This document shows positions 8,246 through 17,971 of a DNA stretch of 32,581 nt, piece after piece. A program made the position numbers and the translations under genes. Source of the stretch: Candidatus Hadarchaeota archaeon (GTDB taxonomy: Archaea > Hadarchaeota > Hadarchaeia > Hadarchaeales > JAGGTB01); contig CAZKND010000006.1 in assembly GCA_964554215.1 (NCBI GenBank), forward strand, positions 1-32,581, in the 5' to 3' direction. Under the pieces are notes generated by a model, which searched no databases, had not been told where the DNA came from, and saw only the letters and a list, made by a program, of their open reading frames with translations. How positions within the stretch are numbered: position 1 is the stretch's first letter; each line of letters begins with the position of its first letter.

Positions 8246-9613
8246 TCAAACTTCTTTCCAGTTACCCATCGAATTAGTTATAACCTCAGACAAAGCAGGA
8301 TGAATATAAATCGAATTGAAGAGGGGATCTATAGTTCCCTCACCAACATACATAAGATTCACAATCTGCTGAACTAGCATGGCTGCATGAGGGCCTACGA
8401 TATGCGCTCCCAAAATAGTCCTATCATTTTTGTCTACAATGATTCTGCAAAATCCATCCGGTTCTCCCATAGCATAGCCTTTAGCAGTATCGGAATACCT
8501 ACCTTCCGAAACCAACAATTCATGGTCCTGCTTGGCTTCTTCCACAGTCATCCCCACACCGGCGACCTGCGGCCTAGTGAAGATAGCATAAGGCACCGCA
8601 TGATAATCCACAGGGACTTCATGATCGGAAAAAATGTTATGGGCCATTATAGAAGCTTCATGGTTCGCCATATGTTTCAACATAGGGTCTCCAATCGCGT
8701 CTCCACCCGCCCAGATATTTTCCTTGCTCGTCCGAAGATGCTCATCCACCTTAATCCATCCGTCCTCGTCGGTCTCCACTCCAGTATTTTCAACTTCTAA
8801 AAGGTCTGCATTAGATTTCCTTCCCGCGGCAAGCAATATTTCCTCACTTTCTAACTCTTTCACTTCACCCGATTCGGACTCAGCTTTTACAAACTTCATG
8901 CCATTTTCCTCACCCACCTCAATCACCGTATGATTCGTTAAGATATCCATTCTTTCGGAAAGTTTCTCTTCAAGAAGCTCGGAAACCCCAGAAGCCTGTC
9001 CTGGGACCAAACCATCAGTCATCTCTACGATTGTAACTTCAGTTCCAACAGCTGAAAAAAGATGAGCGAATTCAATACCGATATAACCACCGCCTATTAT
9101 CACAAGACTCTCCGGTTTCTCTTCCATATCAAAAATATTCCGATTGGTCAAATAATCTACTTCCTCAATACCCTCAATAGGAGGTACAACGGGACGTGCG
9201 CCCGAAAAAAGAACTATTTTATTCGCACGGATAGTTTCATCCCCCACCTCCATTGTATAATCATCTACAAACTTTCCAACCTCGTTATAGAAATCAGTAT
9301 TTTCATCCTCTTCAACCGCTTCTAACAATTTTTTCTTAGAAGATCTGTAACTATCTCTAGTTCTCTCCATAATCTTTTGAAAATCGATCTCGATATCTTT
9401 AACATCCACGCCAATCCTCTCAGCCTCCGTCGCCTCCTGTATCACGTCCCCAGGATAAATCATGGCTTTTGAAGGTACACACCCGCGAAGTAGACAGGTC
9501 CCTCCAAACTCGTCTTTGTCGACTAGAGCAACATCTAATCCTTTTTCAGACGCTTGAGAAGCAATCTTTTTTCCAGTTCCAGAACCCACAACTAAGAAAT
9601 CATACTCTTTCAT
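8246..9613 (-). CDS. Class I FAD-dependent pyridine nucleotide-disulfide oxidoreductase (dihydrolipoamide dehydrogenase / glutathione-mycothione reductase-like).
   Basis: FLVVGSGTGK (FAD fold), redox-active GGTCLLRGCVPSK (CxxxxC), VIIGGGYIGIEFAHLF (NAD(P) fold), IWAGGDAIG, and C-terminal dimerisation HPALSEV (His-Glu pair). GGAGG lies upstream of the ATG. Confidence 0.85.
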   Translation of the reverse strand: MKEYDFLVVGSGTGKKIASQASEKGLDVALVDKDEFGGTCLLRGCVPSKAMIYPGDVIQEATEAERIGVDVKDIEIDFQKIMERTRDSYRSSKKKLLEAVEEDENTDFYNEVGKFVDDYTMEVGDETIRANKIVLFSGARPVVPPIEGIEEVDYLTNRNIFDMEEKPESLVIIGGGYIGIEFAHLFSAVGTEVTIVEMTDGLVPGQASGVSELLEEKLSERMDILTNHTVIEVGEENGMKFVKAESESGEVKELESEEILLAAGRKSNADLLEVENTGVETDEDGWIKVDEHLRTSKENIWAGGDAIGDPMLKHMANHEASIMAHNIFSDHEVPVDYHAVPYAIFTRPQVAGVGMTVEEAKQDHELLVSEGRYSDTAKGYAMGEPDGFCRIIVDKNDRTILGAHIVGPHAAMLVQQIVNLMYVGEGTIDPLFNSIYIHPALSEVITNSMGNWKEV

Positions 9614-9702
9614 CCCGATCCTCCCTCTACAAACTAACTCATCCTAACTAAAAAACAACACGAAATCAATGACCCAAAAACCAATTCTACATGTCAATAA
9701 CT

Positions 9703-11790
9703 TTACTCGTTCCGTATAACCACGTTTTCAGGCAATTCGTCCACTCCGAGCGTCCAAGCAGTGTAATAATCCTTCACATTGACCTCATTAGCATCCTCTA
9801 CAACAACGTTTTCCTGGAACGGTGACAAAGAAGCAACCTCAGAATATTGCGACACTCTCTCAAGATGAACGTCGTAAACATTTCCATCCTCTTCACTCAC
9901 TCCCATCGAAACGTCGTCACTCCATATAATCGGATCCTCATAAATCATCCTGAACATCCCCATCCTATTCCCACCAATGCTGGATTCAATATTGATCAAA
10001 TTGTTTACATCCGAACTGTCCATTTCAAAAGTTTCGAAACTTCCCTCCGACAAAGTCTCAGAAGTGCCGTATTTTGTACCGTTAATAGTCAAATAAAAAT
10101 TCTCAGTACTGACCCCAGTTTTATCCCCTCGCATCACAGACCATTCATCCATATAACAAGTTACATCCTCATTCTTAGAATTCCATATCGTCTTTATTAT
10201 CCATGCCTGATCGTTCTCAGGAACGGTGAAACTGCCCTCATACCATTGATAGTTCTCCGTAAGGTCAATATCTTCTATCACCTTCGTTCTACCCATCACT
10301 TCCCGATCTATATTCTCCGTCAAAACCTTCACCGAAACATCCATCGCATTTTCAACCACTTCATCAGCTTTCACCTTCACCCTTATGTCGTACTCGCCAC
10401 CGGGAACAGCCCAAGGGGTCGTACTCCAAGGTATCTTACCGCCTACATGAGCATAACCAAGACTATCCGGCCCTCCAGTTCGCTCATACCATGTGGCTGC
10501 AGCTAAATTGTCTACTCCGTAAAATTTTATCTGTCCATTTTCACTGTACTTCGCAGGGTCCAAACTATCTTCAGATGGTTTTCCATTATTGAAATCGTTT
10601 TCATACCCGAGCCACATATCAGTATAATAATTGAACTTCCTGTTTATCCAAACTAGTTCAGTATCATCTTCGCCTTCTCCAATCAGTTGGACCTTGTAGT
10701 TTTCAGAAACAATTTTATTTTTCCACTCTATAGTCTCTCCATCTTGAGTTATGTGAGGATTCGAAATCCATTCTAAACCTTCCGGGTGATATGTAGAATC
10801 GACTTTTTTGTCCATCAGATGATTGTATCCTATATCAAAAATGTTATTATAGAATCTAATCTTTACATGATTTTCATTTATCTTATAGTGAGTAACACCA
10901 GCACTGTCTCCATGAGCATGCATAGCATTCTTTATCACGTTCACCCCAAACTTCTCAGCATTATACGGTTTTCCAGTGATGTTGTGCCCATGAGTGTAAA
11001 GCAATATCTGGTCATTGTTCTCCAGAAAACCTTCCCACCAAGAATAGGTATCCATCGAATACTTGTACGGTGCCTGAGTGCTGAAAAGGGTCGAACCGTG
11101 AGGGGGCCTGTGAGTCATTATGAAGGTGGTCTTATCAGGATAGATTTCAGTGATTTGCTCAAGCCAATCCCTCTGGGCCCGGTTCAAAACATTATGATTA
11201 CCTAAACCCGTAGAAACCATCAAAAAGAGCAAATTATCGTATTCGTAAGAATAAAACGGAGCGTTCCTACCCATCTCCTCCATATCCCTAGGAACCCAAT
11301 ATGGCTTATCAGGATTGCCCTTGTACTCCTTCTCGAAGGGGCTCTCAAAAACAACATTGAAAAATGTCTCCTTAAACATGCCCTCATAACGATAAGGATA
11401 AGAAGTAGCATCATGGTTCCCCCACAATACAAAATAAGGAAGATGAAGGTCTCTCCATGCGTACTCCCTATCCGGGTCCTTCATAAAATCACGAAGAGAA
11501 TTCTCGGTGGGTGTCTCCCTTCCACCATGCAAGTCCCCGACGTGAACCACAAAATCAACATTGGGAAAACTTTCATCTTTCATAAAATCCTCGACAGCTT
11601 TAGAAACTTTCAAACCCGGCAGAATGTAACCTTCTCTCTGAGAATCAGCTACCACTGCAAACTCCAAACTAGACTCCGAACTTTCACTTGGACCACTCAA
11701 ACAATCCCAATCAACAGAAGCTGTAAAATAGATACCCACACCTAAAACGGCCACGAGTAAGATTAGTAAAAATAGGCGATCCCAGTCCAT
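9703..11790 (-). CDS. Membrane-anchored extracellular calcineurin-like metallophosphoesterase with a long beta-rich C-terminal extension.
   Basis: Anchor LFLLILLVAVLGVGIYF. Metallophosphoesterase motifs in order: VVHVGDLHGG, VLWGNHD, IMTHRPPHG, YTHGHN. About 350 further residues have no motif I recognise. Confidence 0.75.
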   Translation of the reverse strand: MDWDRLFLLILLVAVLGVGIYFTASVDWDCLSGPSESSESSLEFAVVADSQREGYILPGLKVSKAVEDFMKDESFPNVDFVVHVGDLHGGRETPTENSLRDFMKDPDREYAWRDLHLPYFVLWGNHDATSYPYRYEGMFKETFFNVVFESPFEKEYKGNPDKPYWVPRDMEEMGRNAPFYSYEYDNLLFLMVSTGLGNHNVLNRAQRDWLEQITEIYPDKTTFIMTHRPPHGSTLFSTQAPYKYSMDTYSWWEGFLENNDQILLYTHGHNITGKPYNAEKFGVNVIKNAMHAHGDSAGVTHYKINENHVKIRFYNNIFDIGYNHLMDKKVDSTYHPEGLEWISNPHITQDGETIEWKNKIVSENYKVQLIGEGEDDTELVWINRKFNYYTDMWLGYENDFNNGKPSEDSLDPAKYSENGQIKFYGVDNLAAATWYERTGGPDSLGYAHVGGKIPWSTTPWAVPGGEYDIRVKVKADEVVENAMDVSVKVLTENIDREVMGRTKVIEDIDLTENYQWYEGSFTVPENDQAWIIKTIWNSKNEDVTCYMDEWSVMRGDKTGVSTENFYLTINGTKYGTSETLSEGSFETFEMDSSDVNNLINIESSIGGNRMGMFRMIYEDPIIWSDDVSMGVSEEDGNVYDVHLERVSQYSEVASLSPFQENVVVEDANEVNVKDYYTAWTLGVDELPENVVIRNE

Positions 11791-11850
11791 TTACAACACC
11801 ATATCCACTAAACACTTTAACAATTAATAGTTCGAGCCTGTATTTAGGTT

Positions 11851-13026
11851 TTATTTGGAGAAGTATTCAACCATTTTCAAAAAAACCGCGTTAGTCCAAC
11901 CAAAGCCAGATTGTGTAGGATACCTTCCAATTCGACTCACCTTCCCTTCCTGGACATCGTATTTCTCCCAAAACTTTCCCGTGTCCTCAAAAATCTCTCG
12001 GCAAAGCTCAATCCACTTATTCGCTATTCTCTCAGCGTCCTCTTTATACCCATAATTGAGAAGACCTCTGAAAACTATCCAATGCAGAGGGGCCCACCCG
12101 TTCGGCCAATCCCATTGTCTTTCTTCATCCAGATACTTCTTGTCAGTTGTCGCTAAGCCGTAATCTTCTTCGAATAGGTCTAATTTCTCTTTCGCTCTTT
12201 CCGCCTGTTCTTCTGAGGCGAGTCCGGCCCATAGAGGGAAGTAACCTGCTAGGGAGTAGACGTTTGTTCTTTCCCCTGAACAGTGATCATAATCAAAGAA
12301 GAATCCTTTCTCGTCGCTCCACATATATTCGTCTATTAGTTCTTTTCTCCGGGAAGCTTTTTCTCCCCAGACTTTTTCCGCTTCGTCGTTTTCCAGTTCT
12401 GAATGGATGTAGGAGAGATCGGTTTCGTATTTATAGAGCAGAGCGTTTAGGTCGACTGGGTTTATGTCCAAGCATTTGTTGAAGAAGCGTGAAGTCCTGT
12501 CCCATCCTGATTCGTCTTCTGCTTGTTGATGGTAATGGGTTTGATCGAAATACCTGTTTAAACCGTTATCCGTAGTCCTCTTCCTCGAGTTCCAAACCTT
12601 TTCGTATTCTTTCTCAATGACTTCCACCTTCTCTTCAAGCCATTCCTTATCTCCGGTCTTTTTGTAAATCTCCGATACCATCGAGGAGAAGAATGGCGGC
12701 TGGGATTTCGCCAGATGGTAGAAACGATTGCTCGCTGGTACTATGTTATACTTCCCTATCAGATATGAGAAGTTCTCGACGACTTCTTTAGCCAGTTCAG
12801 TTCTATCCGAGGCTAATAGGCCTAGAATTATGAAGTAACTATCCCAATAATACATCTTTTTCTGGAACTCTTCGTGGTGAGAGGGAGCAAGATATCTTTC
12901 GGGAAGACCTATTAGGAGTCCGTCATCTTCCTCTGTCCTGAACGTAATTTTGTCCCAGTAATCTTCTATAAACTCCAAGGACTCTTCATGCCTTTTCTCC
13001 AGACCCAATGACGCTGATTCCATCAT
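11851..13026 (-). CDS. Trehalase, glycoside hydrolase family 37 (compact, cytoplasmic form).
   Basis: Both GH37 signatures are present: LPERYLAPS...MYYWDSYF (PGGRFxExYYWDSY-like) and ERQWDWPNGWAPLHW (QWDxPxGWAP), plus ESGWD. No signal peptide. Confidence 0.85.
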   Translation of the reverse strand: MMESASLGLEKRHEESLEFIEDYWDKITFRTEEDDGLLIGLPERYLAPSHHEEFQKKMYYWDSYFIILGLLASDRTELAKEVVENFSYLIGKYNIVPASNRFYHLAKSQPPFFSSMVSEIYKKTGDKEWLEEKVEVIEKEYEKVWNSRKRTTDNGLNRYFDQTHYHQQAEDESGWDRTSRFFNKCLDINPVDLNALLYKYETDLSYIHSELENDEAEKVWGEKASRRKELIDEYMWSDEKGFFFDYDHCSGERTNVYSLAGYFPLWAGLASEEQAERAKEKLDLFEEDYGLATTDKKYLDEERQWDWPNGWAPLHWIVFRGLLNYGYKEDAERIANKWIELCREIFEDTGKFWEKYDVQEGKVSRIGRYPTQSGFGWTNAVFLKMVEYFSK

Positions 13027-13171
13027 ATCTAAAAGACCTCTAAAATGTTTATCGACAAACCTATTCGATTTCTAATTCCCTTTTCTTTGATTATGATTCT
13101 ATATAACCATTATTAAAATAGAAATCTGAATCTTTTTTTGACAGTAAAAGTTAGGTATCTTGAGGATTCAC

Positions 13172-15208
13172 ATGAATTCAGATCCTGTGTATCTAGAATC
13201 GATCGATTCACTGGATGAGGTTATAGGTGTAGGCGATAAAACTTCTAGAAAACTTGAAACACATTTTGATTCCGAAAAGTCCGCACTGGAAAAAATAAAA
13301 AATGCCGACATTTTAGAAATTTCCAAAACACCTGGAATCTCTTTTGCCGATGCTTCCAGGATAGTGAAGAAGAACATAGAAGACGAGTATGGCTCCGATA
13401 AAATTTTAGAAACTGAGTCTCTTGAAAAAATCTATCAACGTTTATTAGATAAGATAAAGGACAGGGCCCGAACAAGCTACGGTGAAGCTAGATTAAACAT
13501 CTACTTTCCCACATCATCTGAGGAGAGAGTAAAAGAAGTAAGAGATTGGGTTAGAAAAGTTCTCGAAATAGATGTTCAAGGGAGTGTCGACGAGATAAGA
13601 AATGTGAAACCCATGGAAAAACCGAAGAACTTTGACGTTTTTGATAGGGTTATTTTGACCGAAGACTTCGAAACTTCCGAGAGGATTCAAGATAAGGTGT
13701 CGGGAATCCCGGTGGAAACCATTCAAAACCCTCAAGAAATTCGTAAATATCTCGAAGATTATCAAAATATCTTCATAGTTAGCGAAAAAATGAAGGATAT
13801 AGGGTTAGAATCCGAAAAAATCAGTCACTTGACACCTCCACTGAAAGATGTTACGAATATTTTTCCGGAGAAGATAATTTCATACTTTACGAGGAATCTA
13901 GCATCTATCAAAAGTAGTTTAGAGGTCTTCAAAAAAGTTAGAACTCCTCTGTTCCCTGATATTTCGGAGGAAAAAATAGAAAGATTAGAAAATCTCTTGG
14001 ATAAAATCGATTCAGACGGAGAGATAACGCAGAATGAAGGACTTAAAAGATTGAGAAGAGCTTCTGAAAATCTTACTCAGGTCATTGAAGAAAAAAAGGA
14101 GCAGGCAAACGACGAATTAGAGAAATTGGTTAGTGAAAAAGAAATAAAAATAGAAGGAACTGAAATAACCAGTTTATTAAAAAACAGAAAAAAAGCCGAA
14201 GAAATCGTGAGATCAGAATTATCCGAAGATTATGAAGAGATAATAGAAAGAATCACTGAAGAAACCATAGAAGACCTAAATTTGAAAGGTGAAGAAGAAA
14301 ATCTAGCGAAAGAACTGTTCCCTAACGAACTAAAGATTCCTCTAAAACCGGACGAAGAAATCAAGAAGAAACTCATCCGGAAAATAGACAGTAAGCTTTC
14401 TCAAAAGTCACTGAAATCGAAAAAAGAATTTGCAGAAGAACTGGAAGACTACAAAAAACTTTCAGAGAGGATAGTAGAGCTAGTTTTAGAAATCGACGCA
14501 GCTATTGCCATTAAGGAGTTTTCAGAAGATTTTGATATGGAGATGGCGAATTTAAATGATGAGTATACTGAGATAGTGAACGGTAGAAACCTTTTCATAG
14601 AAAACCCTGATCCCGTTGATTATAAGATAGAAAATGTCCGTCTTTTGACCGGAGTGAATAGCGGAGGTAAAACTTCCACCTTAGACTTGCTGGCGCAAAT
14701 CTATATCTTAACTCTAATGGGTTTACCCGTACCTGCAGACGAAGCCAAGATTTCCTCTGTGGAAAAGATCTACTACTATCGAAACATCAAGAAAACGATG
14801 AGTACCGGAGCTTTAGAACATATTCTCATTAGATTTAACAACCTCTTATCCTCGGACAAAAAGAAGCTAGTTCTGATAGACGAACTGGAAAACATTACAG
14901 AACCGGGGGCTAGCGCGAAAATAATGTCTGGTATTTTGGACATTTTAGAAGAAAGAGAGGATATAGCCATATTCGTATCCCATCTAGCTGACAAGATAAG
15001 AGAAAAAACGGAAAAAGAAATTCCTGTAGACGGAATTCAACCGCAGGGCCTGGATGAGAATCTGAATTTGAAGGTTGATAGAACACCTAAAAGGAACCTT
15101 CTGGCTATGAGTACCCCTGAACTGATTGTTGAAAAACTATCTGAAAAAAACGATTCTCATTTTTACAGGAAATTGTCCGAGAAGTTTGAAGACAAAAATC
15201 AGGATTGA
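13172..15208 (+). CDS. Archaeal MutS-like ATPase: N-terminal helix-hairpin-helix pair, long E/K-rich coiled coil, C-terminal MutS domain V. No mismatch-recognition domain.
   Basis: HhH-like VIGVGDKTSRKL and ISKTPGISFADASRIV. Walker A LLTGVNSGGKTSTLD (compare MutS GPNMGGKST), Walker B LVLIDELENITEPGAS, then IFVSHL. ATG 13172 has GAGGA 5 nt upstream; the track starts at TTG 13160. Confidence 0.75.
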   Translation: MNSDPVYLESIDSLDEVIGVGDKTSRKLETHFDSEKSALEKIKNADILEISKTPGISFADASRIVKKNIEDEYGSDKILETESLEKIYQRLLDKIKDRARTSYGEARLNIYFPTSSEERVKEVRDWVRKVLEIDVQGSVDEIRNVKPMEKPKNFDVFDRVILTEDFETSERIQDKVSGIPVETIQNPQEIRKYLEDYQNIFIVSEKMKDIGLESEKISHLTPPLKDVTNIFPEKIISYFTRNLASIKSSLEVFKKVRTPLFPDISEEKIERLENLLDKIDSDGEITQNEGLKRLRRASENLTQVIEEKKEQANDELEKLVSEKEIKIEGTEITSLLKNRKKAEEIVRSELSEDYEEIIERITEETIEDLNLKGEEENLAKELFPNELKIPLKPDEEIKKKLIRKIDSKLSQKSLKSKKEFAEELEDYKKLSERIVELVLEIDAAIAIKEFSEDFDMEMANLNDEYTEIVNGRNLFIENPDPVDYKIENVRLLTGVNSGGKTSTLDLLAQIYILTLMGLPVPADEAKISSVEKIYYYRNIKKTMSTGALEHILIRFNNLLSSDKKKLVLIDELENITEPGASAKIMSGILDILEEREDIAIFVSHLADKIREKTEKEIPVDGIQPQGLDENLNLKVDRTPKRNLLAMSTPELIVEKLSEKNDSHFYRKLSEKFEDKNQD

Positions 15209-15339
15209 GCTTTGCACTAAACCGAATACGATTCTTTCAAAACTGTCAAAACGAGAAATTCACATTACGTCTCTTTTCTACCATGCAAAAACAATAGGCA
15301 AAATAGATTAATCGAAAAAACAGAAGGTGTTACGGACAG

Positions 15340-16584
15340 GTGATTCTTATTGTAAGTTATCGCCGGAAGATGTTCCTGAAATTTTCTAGCTATGGATTTC
15401 TAAAGAATCTAAGATTTTTCGAACCGTTTCTTTACCTTTTCTTCTTGGCTTCCGGACTTTCCTACTTTCAAATAGGACTTTTGATAGCAATCCGGGAAGC
15501 TTTCGTGAACGTATTCGAGATACCATCCGGGATAGCAGCAGACCTCACAGGTAGGAGGAGGGTAATGGCCATAGCTTTTCTCTCCTACATGGTCTCGTTC
15601 ATCATATTCTACCTGTTCGGTAACTTTTTCATATTCATACCGGCAATGATTCTCTTCTCTCTGGGAGAAACCTTCCGGTCAGGGACTCACAAGTCAATGA
15701 TAATGGAACACCTAGACCGGGAAAACATGGAAGACCAAAGAGTGGACTTCTATGGAAAAACGAGAGCAGCTTCTCGGTTGGGTTCGGCCATCTCCGCCAT
15801 CCTAGCAGCTCTAATAGTGTTCTATTGGGGAGGTTACAACATAATCTTCCTTGCAACCTTAGTACCCTACAGTCTAGGTTTTGTCCTCATGCTCACCTAT
15901 CCGAAAAAACTGGACGGAGAAACCTCGAAAAGTCCAATGAGTGAAATGTGGAGTCATACAGTCAGTAGTTTCAAACAACTGATTTCCGAATCACACCTAA
16001 AGAATATGTTTTTGAACTCTTCAGTCTACGACGCATTTTTCAAAGTTTCTAAGGATTATCTATCCCCGATAGTGGAATCTTTCGCATTATCCATACCTCT
16101 ATTCTTCGGTCTGGCTGGAGAACAAAGAACCGCCATCATGGTCGGAATAGTTTACTTTTTCGTCTATTTGAACAGTTTCATATCTTCCATGAAGTCTTCC
16201 GACCTCTTAGAGAGAATAGGTAATCTTCCAAGAGCTCTGAACGTGTTATTTTTCTGCTTATCGGGTCTTTTCTTTTTAGTAGGGATATTTTTCAACTTGG
16301 ACATCACTATCCTTTCCATAATATCTTTCTTATTCCTCTACACTCTGAAAAACATCAGACGACCCATGGTGGTAGGTTATCTCAGTGACCATATAGAACG
16401 TCAGAAGAGAGCCACGCTTCTGAGCGCAGAATCACAACTTAAAGCCATCTTCGGAATGGTGATAGCACCTATTTTAGGATTCATCGCCGACGCTGCTGGA
16501 TTGGACTATACCTTCATCATCGGAGGGGTAATGCTACTCGTATTAGGACTGCTTCTCCGTATCAGCGAGCCGGAAAACGATTGA
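15340..16584 (+). CDS. Major facilitator superfamily transporter.
   Basis: About 12 hydrophobic spans. MFS loop 2-3 motif EIPSGIAADLTGRRRVM (G-x-x-x-D-x-x-G-R-R). GTG start with GAAGGTG upstream; alternative ATG at 15370. Confidence 0.75.
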   Translation: MILIVSYRRKMFLKFSSYGFLKNLRFFEPFLYLFFLASGLSYFQIGLLIAIREAFVNVFEIPSGIAADLTGRRRVMAIAFLSYMVSFIIFYLFGNFFIFIPAMILFSLGETFRSGTHKSMIMEHLDRENMEDQRVDFYGKTRAASRLGSAISAILAALIVFYWGGYNIIFLATLVPYSLGFVLMLTYPKKLDGETSKSPMSEMWSHTVSSFKQLISESHLKNMFLNSSVYDAFFKVSKDYLSPIVESFALSIPLFFGLAGEQRTAIMVGIVYFFVYLNSFISSMKSSDLLERIGNLPRALNVLFFCLSGLFFLVGIFFNLDITILSIISFLFLYTLKNIRRPMVVGYLSDHIERQKRATLLSAESQLKAIFGMVIAPILGFIADAAGLDYTFIIGGVMLLVLGLLLRISEPEND

Positions 16585-16666
16585 AGATATAAAAAACCTA
16601 TCCAAGTGATTCTACATGATTATATATCTGGAATCACAGAAAAATAATCAAATCGGGTGAAGATTT

Positions 16667-17869
16667 TTGAAAACTAGTCGGATTATAGTCATAATACTGC
16701 TTGTAATCCTAGCCGTAGGATTCATCGCTACATATTCAGACGAGGTACAGGACCGAGATATATCCTTCAACAGATTCTTCCGACAAATAGGTCAAAACCT
16801 CCCAGAAGTGGACGAAAAAATACCGATAGGGGAGGAGGACAAGACCATCGACTCCCCGATCTACGGCCCAGCGGAAGCCCCAGCCGTATTGGATTATAAA
16901 GTGCATTCTTATGAAGAAAAACCAGACTCGACTGCTTATTTCAAACCTGGACTCAAATATTCTATAGAATATAGCTTGTCCGGCCTTTACCCTAATCACG
17001 GAGTCGCGGAACTTAAATTAATCAACAGAGGAGACAACCCAATCTTTGTCTATTCCGTAGGTTTGAGAGGAGATTGGATGGAAGAAGGATACTGGTACTC
17101 CAAAAAGACAGGTTTCGAAATTAAACCAGGTGATTCAAAAAACCTAGGGCTGCTATCATTCAGAAGCCCAAAAAATCCAGGAAATCATGACATAAAAGTC
17201 GGAGTATCCGTATTATCAAAAAACAATAGAGGAAATTGGTACGATTACGGAACAAGATATCTAGATTCAAGAGAATACAAGATAAAACCTCTAGCAGAAG
17301 AAAAAGACATCAAAATGGAAAAAGAGGATTATTACTCGGACAAAATCAACGAGCTGATAAATCCGGAAAACCCGGAAATCAAGTCGCAAGCAAACGAAAT
17401 AATCGAGAACTACAGCGGCGAATACAACGTTTATCAGATATGCGCTCTTTTCGATTGGGTCAAAAACAACATTTCTTACGTCAGTGACCCGGAAGGAGAA
17501 CAGGACTGGTCAACTCCTAACGAAACATTGGAACTCGAAGGCGGCGATTGTGAAGACCAAGCGATACTTCTAGCCACGATGATTGAATCAATTGGTGGGC
17601 AAACCCGAATACTTCTCACGGACAATCATGCTTATAGCACTGTTTATATCGGTCCCCCAAATCATGCTGAGAACGTCATGAGTGCTATAAGAAAGTATTA
17701 TGGAACAGAATTATCCTTTGCTTATAGAGTAATAGAAAACCAAGCGTGGTTGGTCCTAGAAAGCTCTGGAGGTCTTTATCCTGGAGATTACCCTGTAGGG
17801 GCAAAACCTACAGAGAGCGCATGGGCATTCACAAACACTGAGAAAATCACCTACGTGACTCCTGAATAA
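16667..17869 (+). CDS. Membrane-anchored transglutaminase-like (papain-fold Cys-His) protein with an intervening beta-sandwich-like region.
   Basis: Anchor IIVIILLVILAVGFIATY. Transglutaminase core GGDCEDQAILLATMIESIGGQTRILLTDNHAYSTVYI (catalytic Cys, then His) and a later WLVLESSGG. TTG start with GGGTGA upstream. Confidence 0.7.
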   Translation: MKTSRIIVIILLVILAVGFIATYSDEVQDRDISFNRFFRQIGQNLPEVDEKIPIGEEDKTIDSPIYGPAEAPAVLDYKVHSYEEKPDSTAYFKPGLKYSIEYSLSGLYPNHGVAELKLINRGDNPIFVYSVGLRGDWMEEGYWYSKKTGFEIKPGDSKNLGLLSFRSPKNPGNHDIKVGVSVLSKNNRGNWYDYGTRYLDSREYKIKPLAEEKDIKMEKEDYYSDKINELINPENPEIKSQANEIIENYSGEYNVYQICALFDWVKNNISYVSDPEGEQDWSTPNETLELEGGDCEDQAILLATMIESIGGQTRILLTDNHAYSTVYIGPPNHAENVMSAIRKYYGTELSFAYRVIENQAWLVLESSGGLYPGDYPVGAKPTESAWAFTNTEKITYVTPE

Positions 17870-17971
17870 ACAGCAGACTAATTTATTTACTATTTTTGAC
17901 GCCTAAACAGCTAAAATTATGAAGATTTTAGTAAAATAACCGGGAAATATCAAAAGGGGAAAATAAAGCAG

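Noticed and set aside
9847-10506. 219-aa + strand ORF, and similar long ORFs at 84..506, 8387..8800, 8634..8933, 10786..11205, 11413..11745, 12147..12482, 20015..20506, 24330..24767, 27524..27838 and 27645..27869.
   Set aside because: All lie antisense to, and entirely inside, genes with strong family motifs. Their translations are low-complexity (S/R/L/I/P-rich) with no motifs or RBS. They are typical shadow ORFs.
16600-16650. 7-bp inverted repeat GTGATTC-N18-GAATCAC downstream of the MFS gene, as a possible terminator hairpin.
   Set aside because: The stem is short, the loop is long and there is no following T-tract. Archaeal termination does not require hairpins, so this is probably chance in AT-rich DNA.
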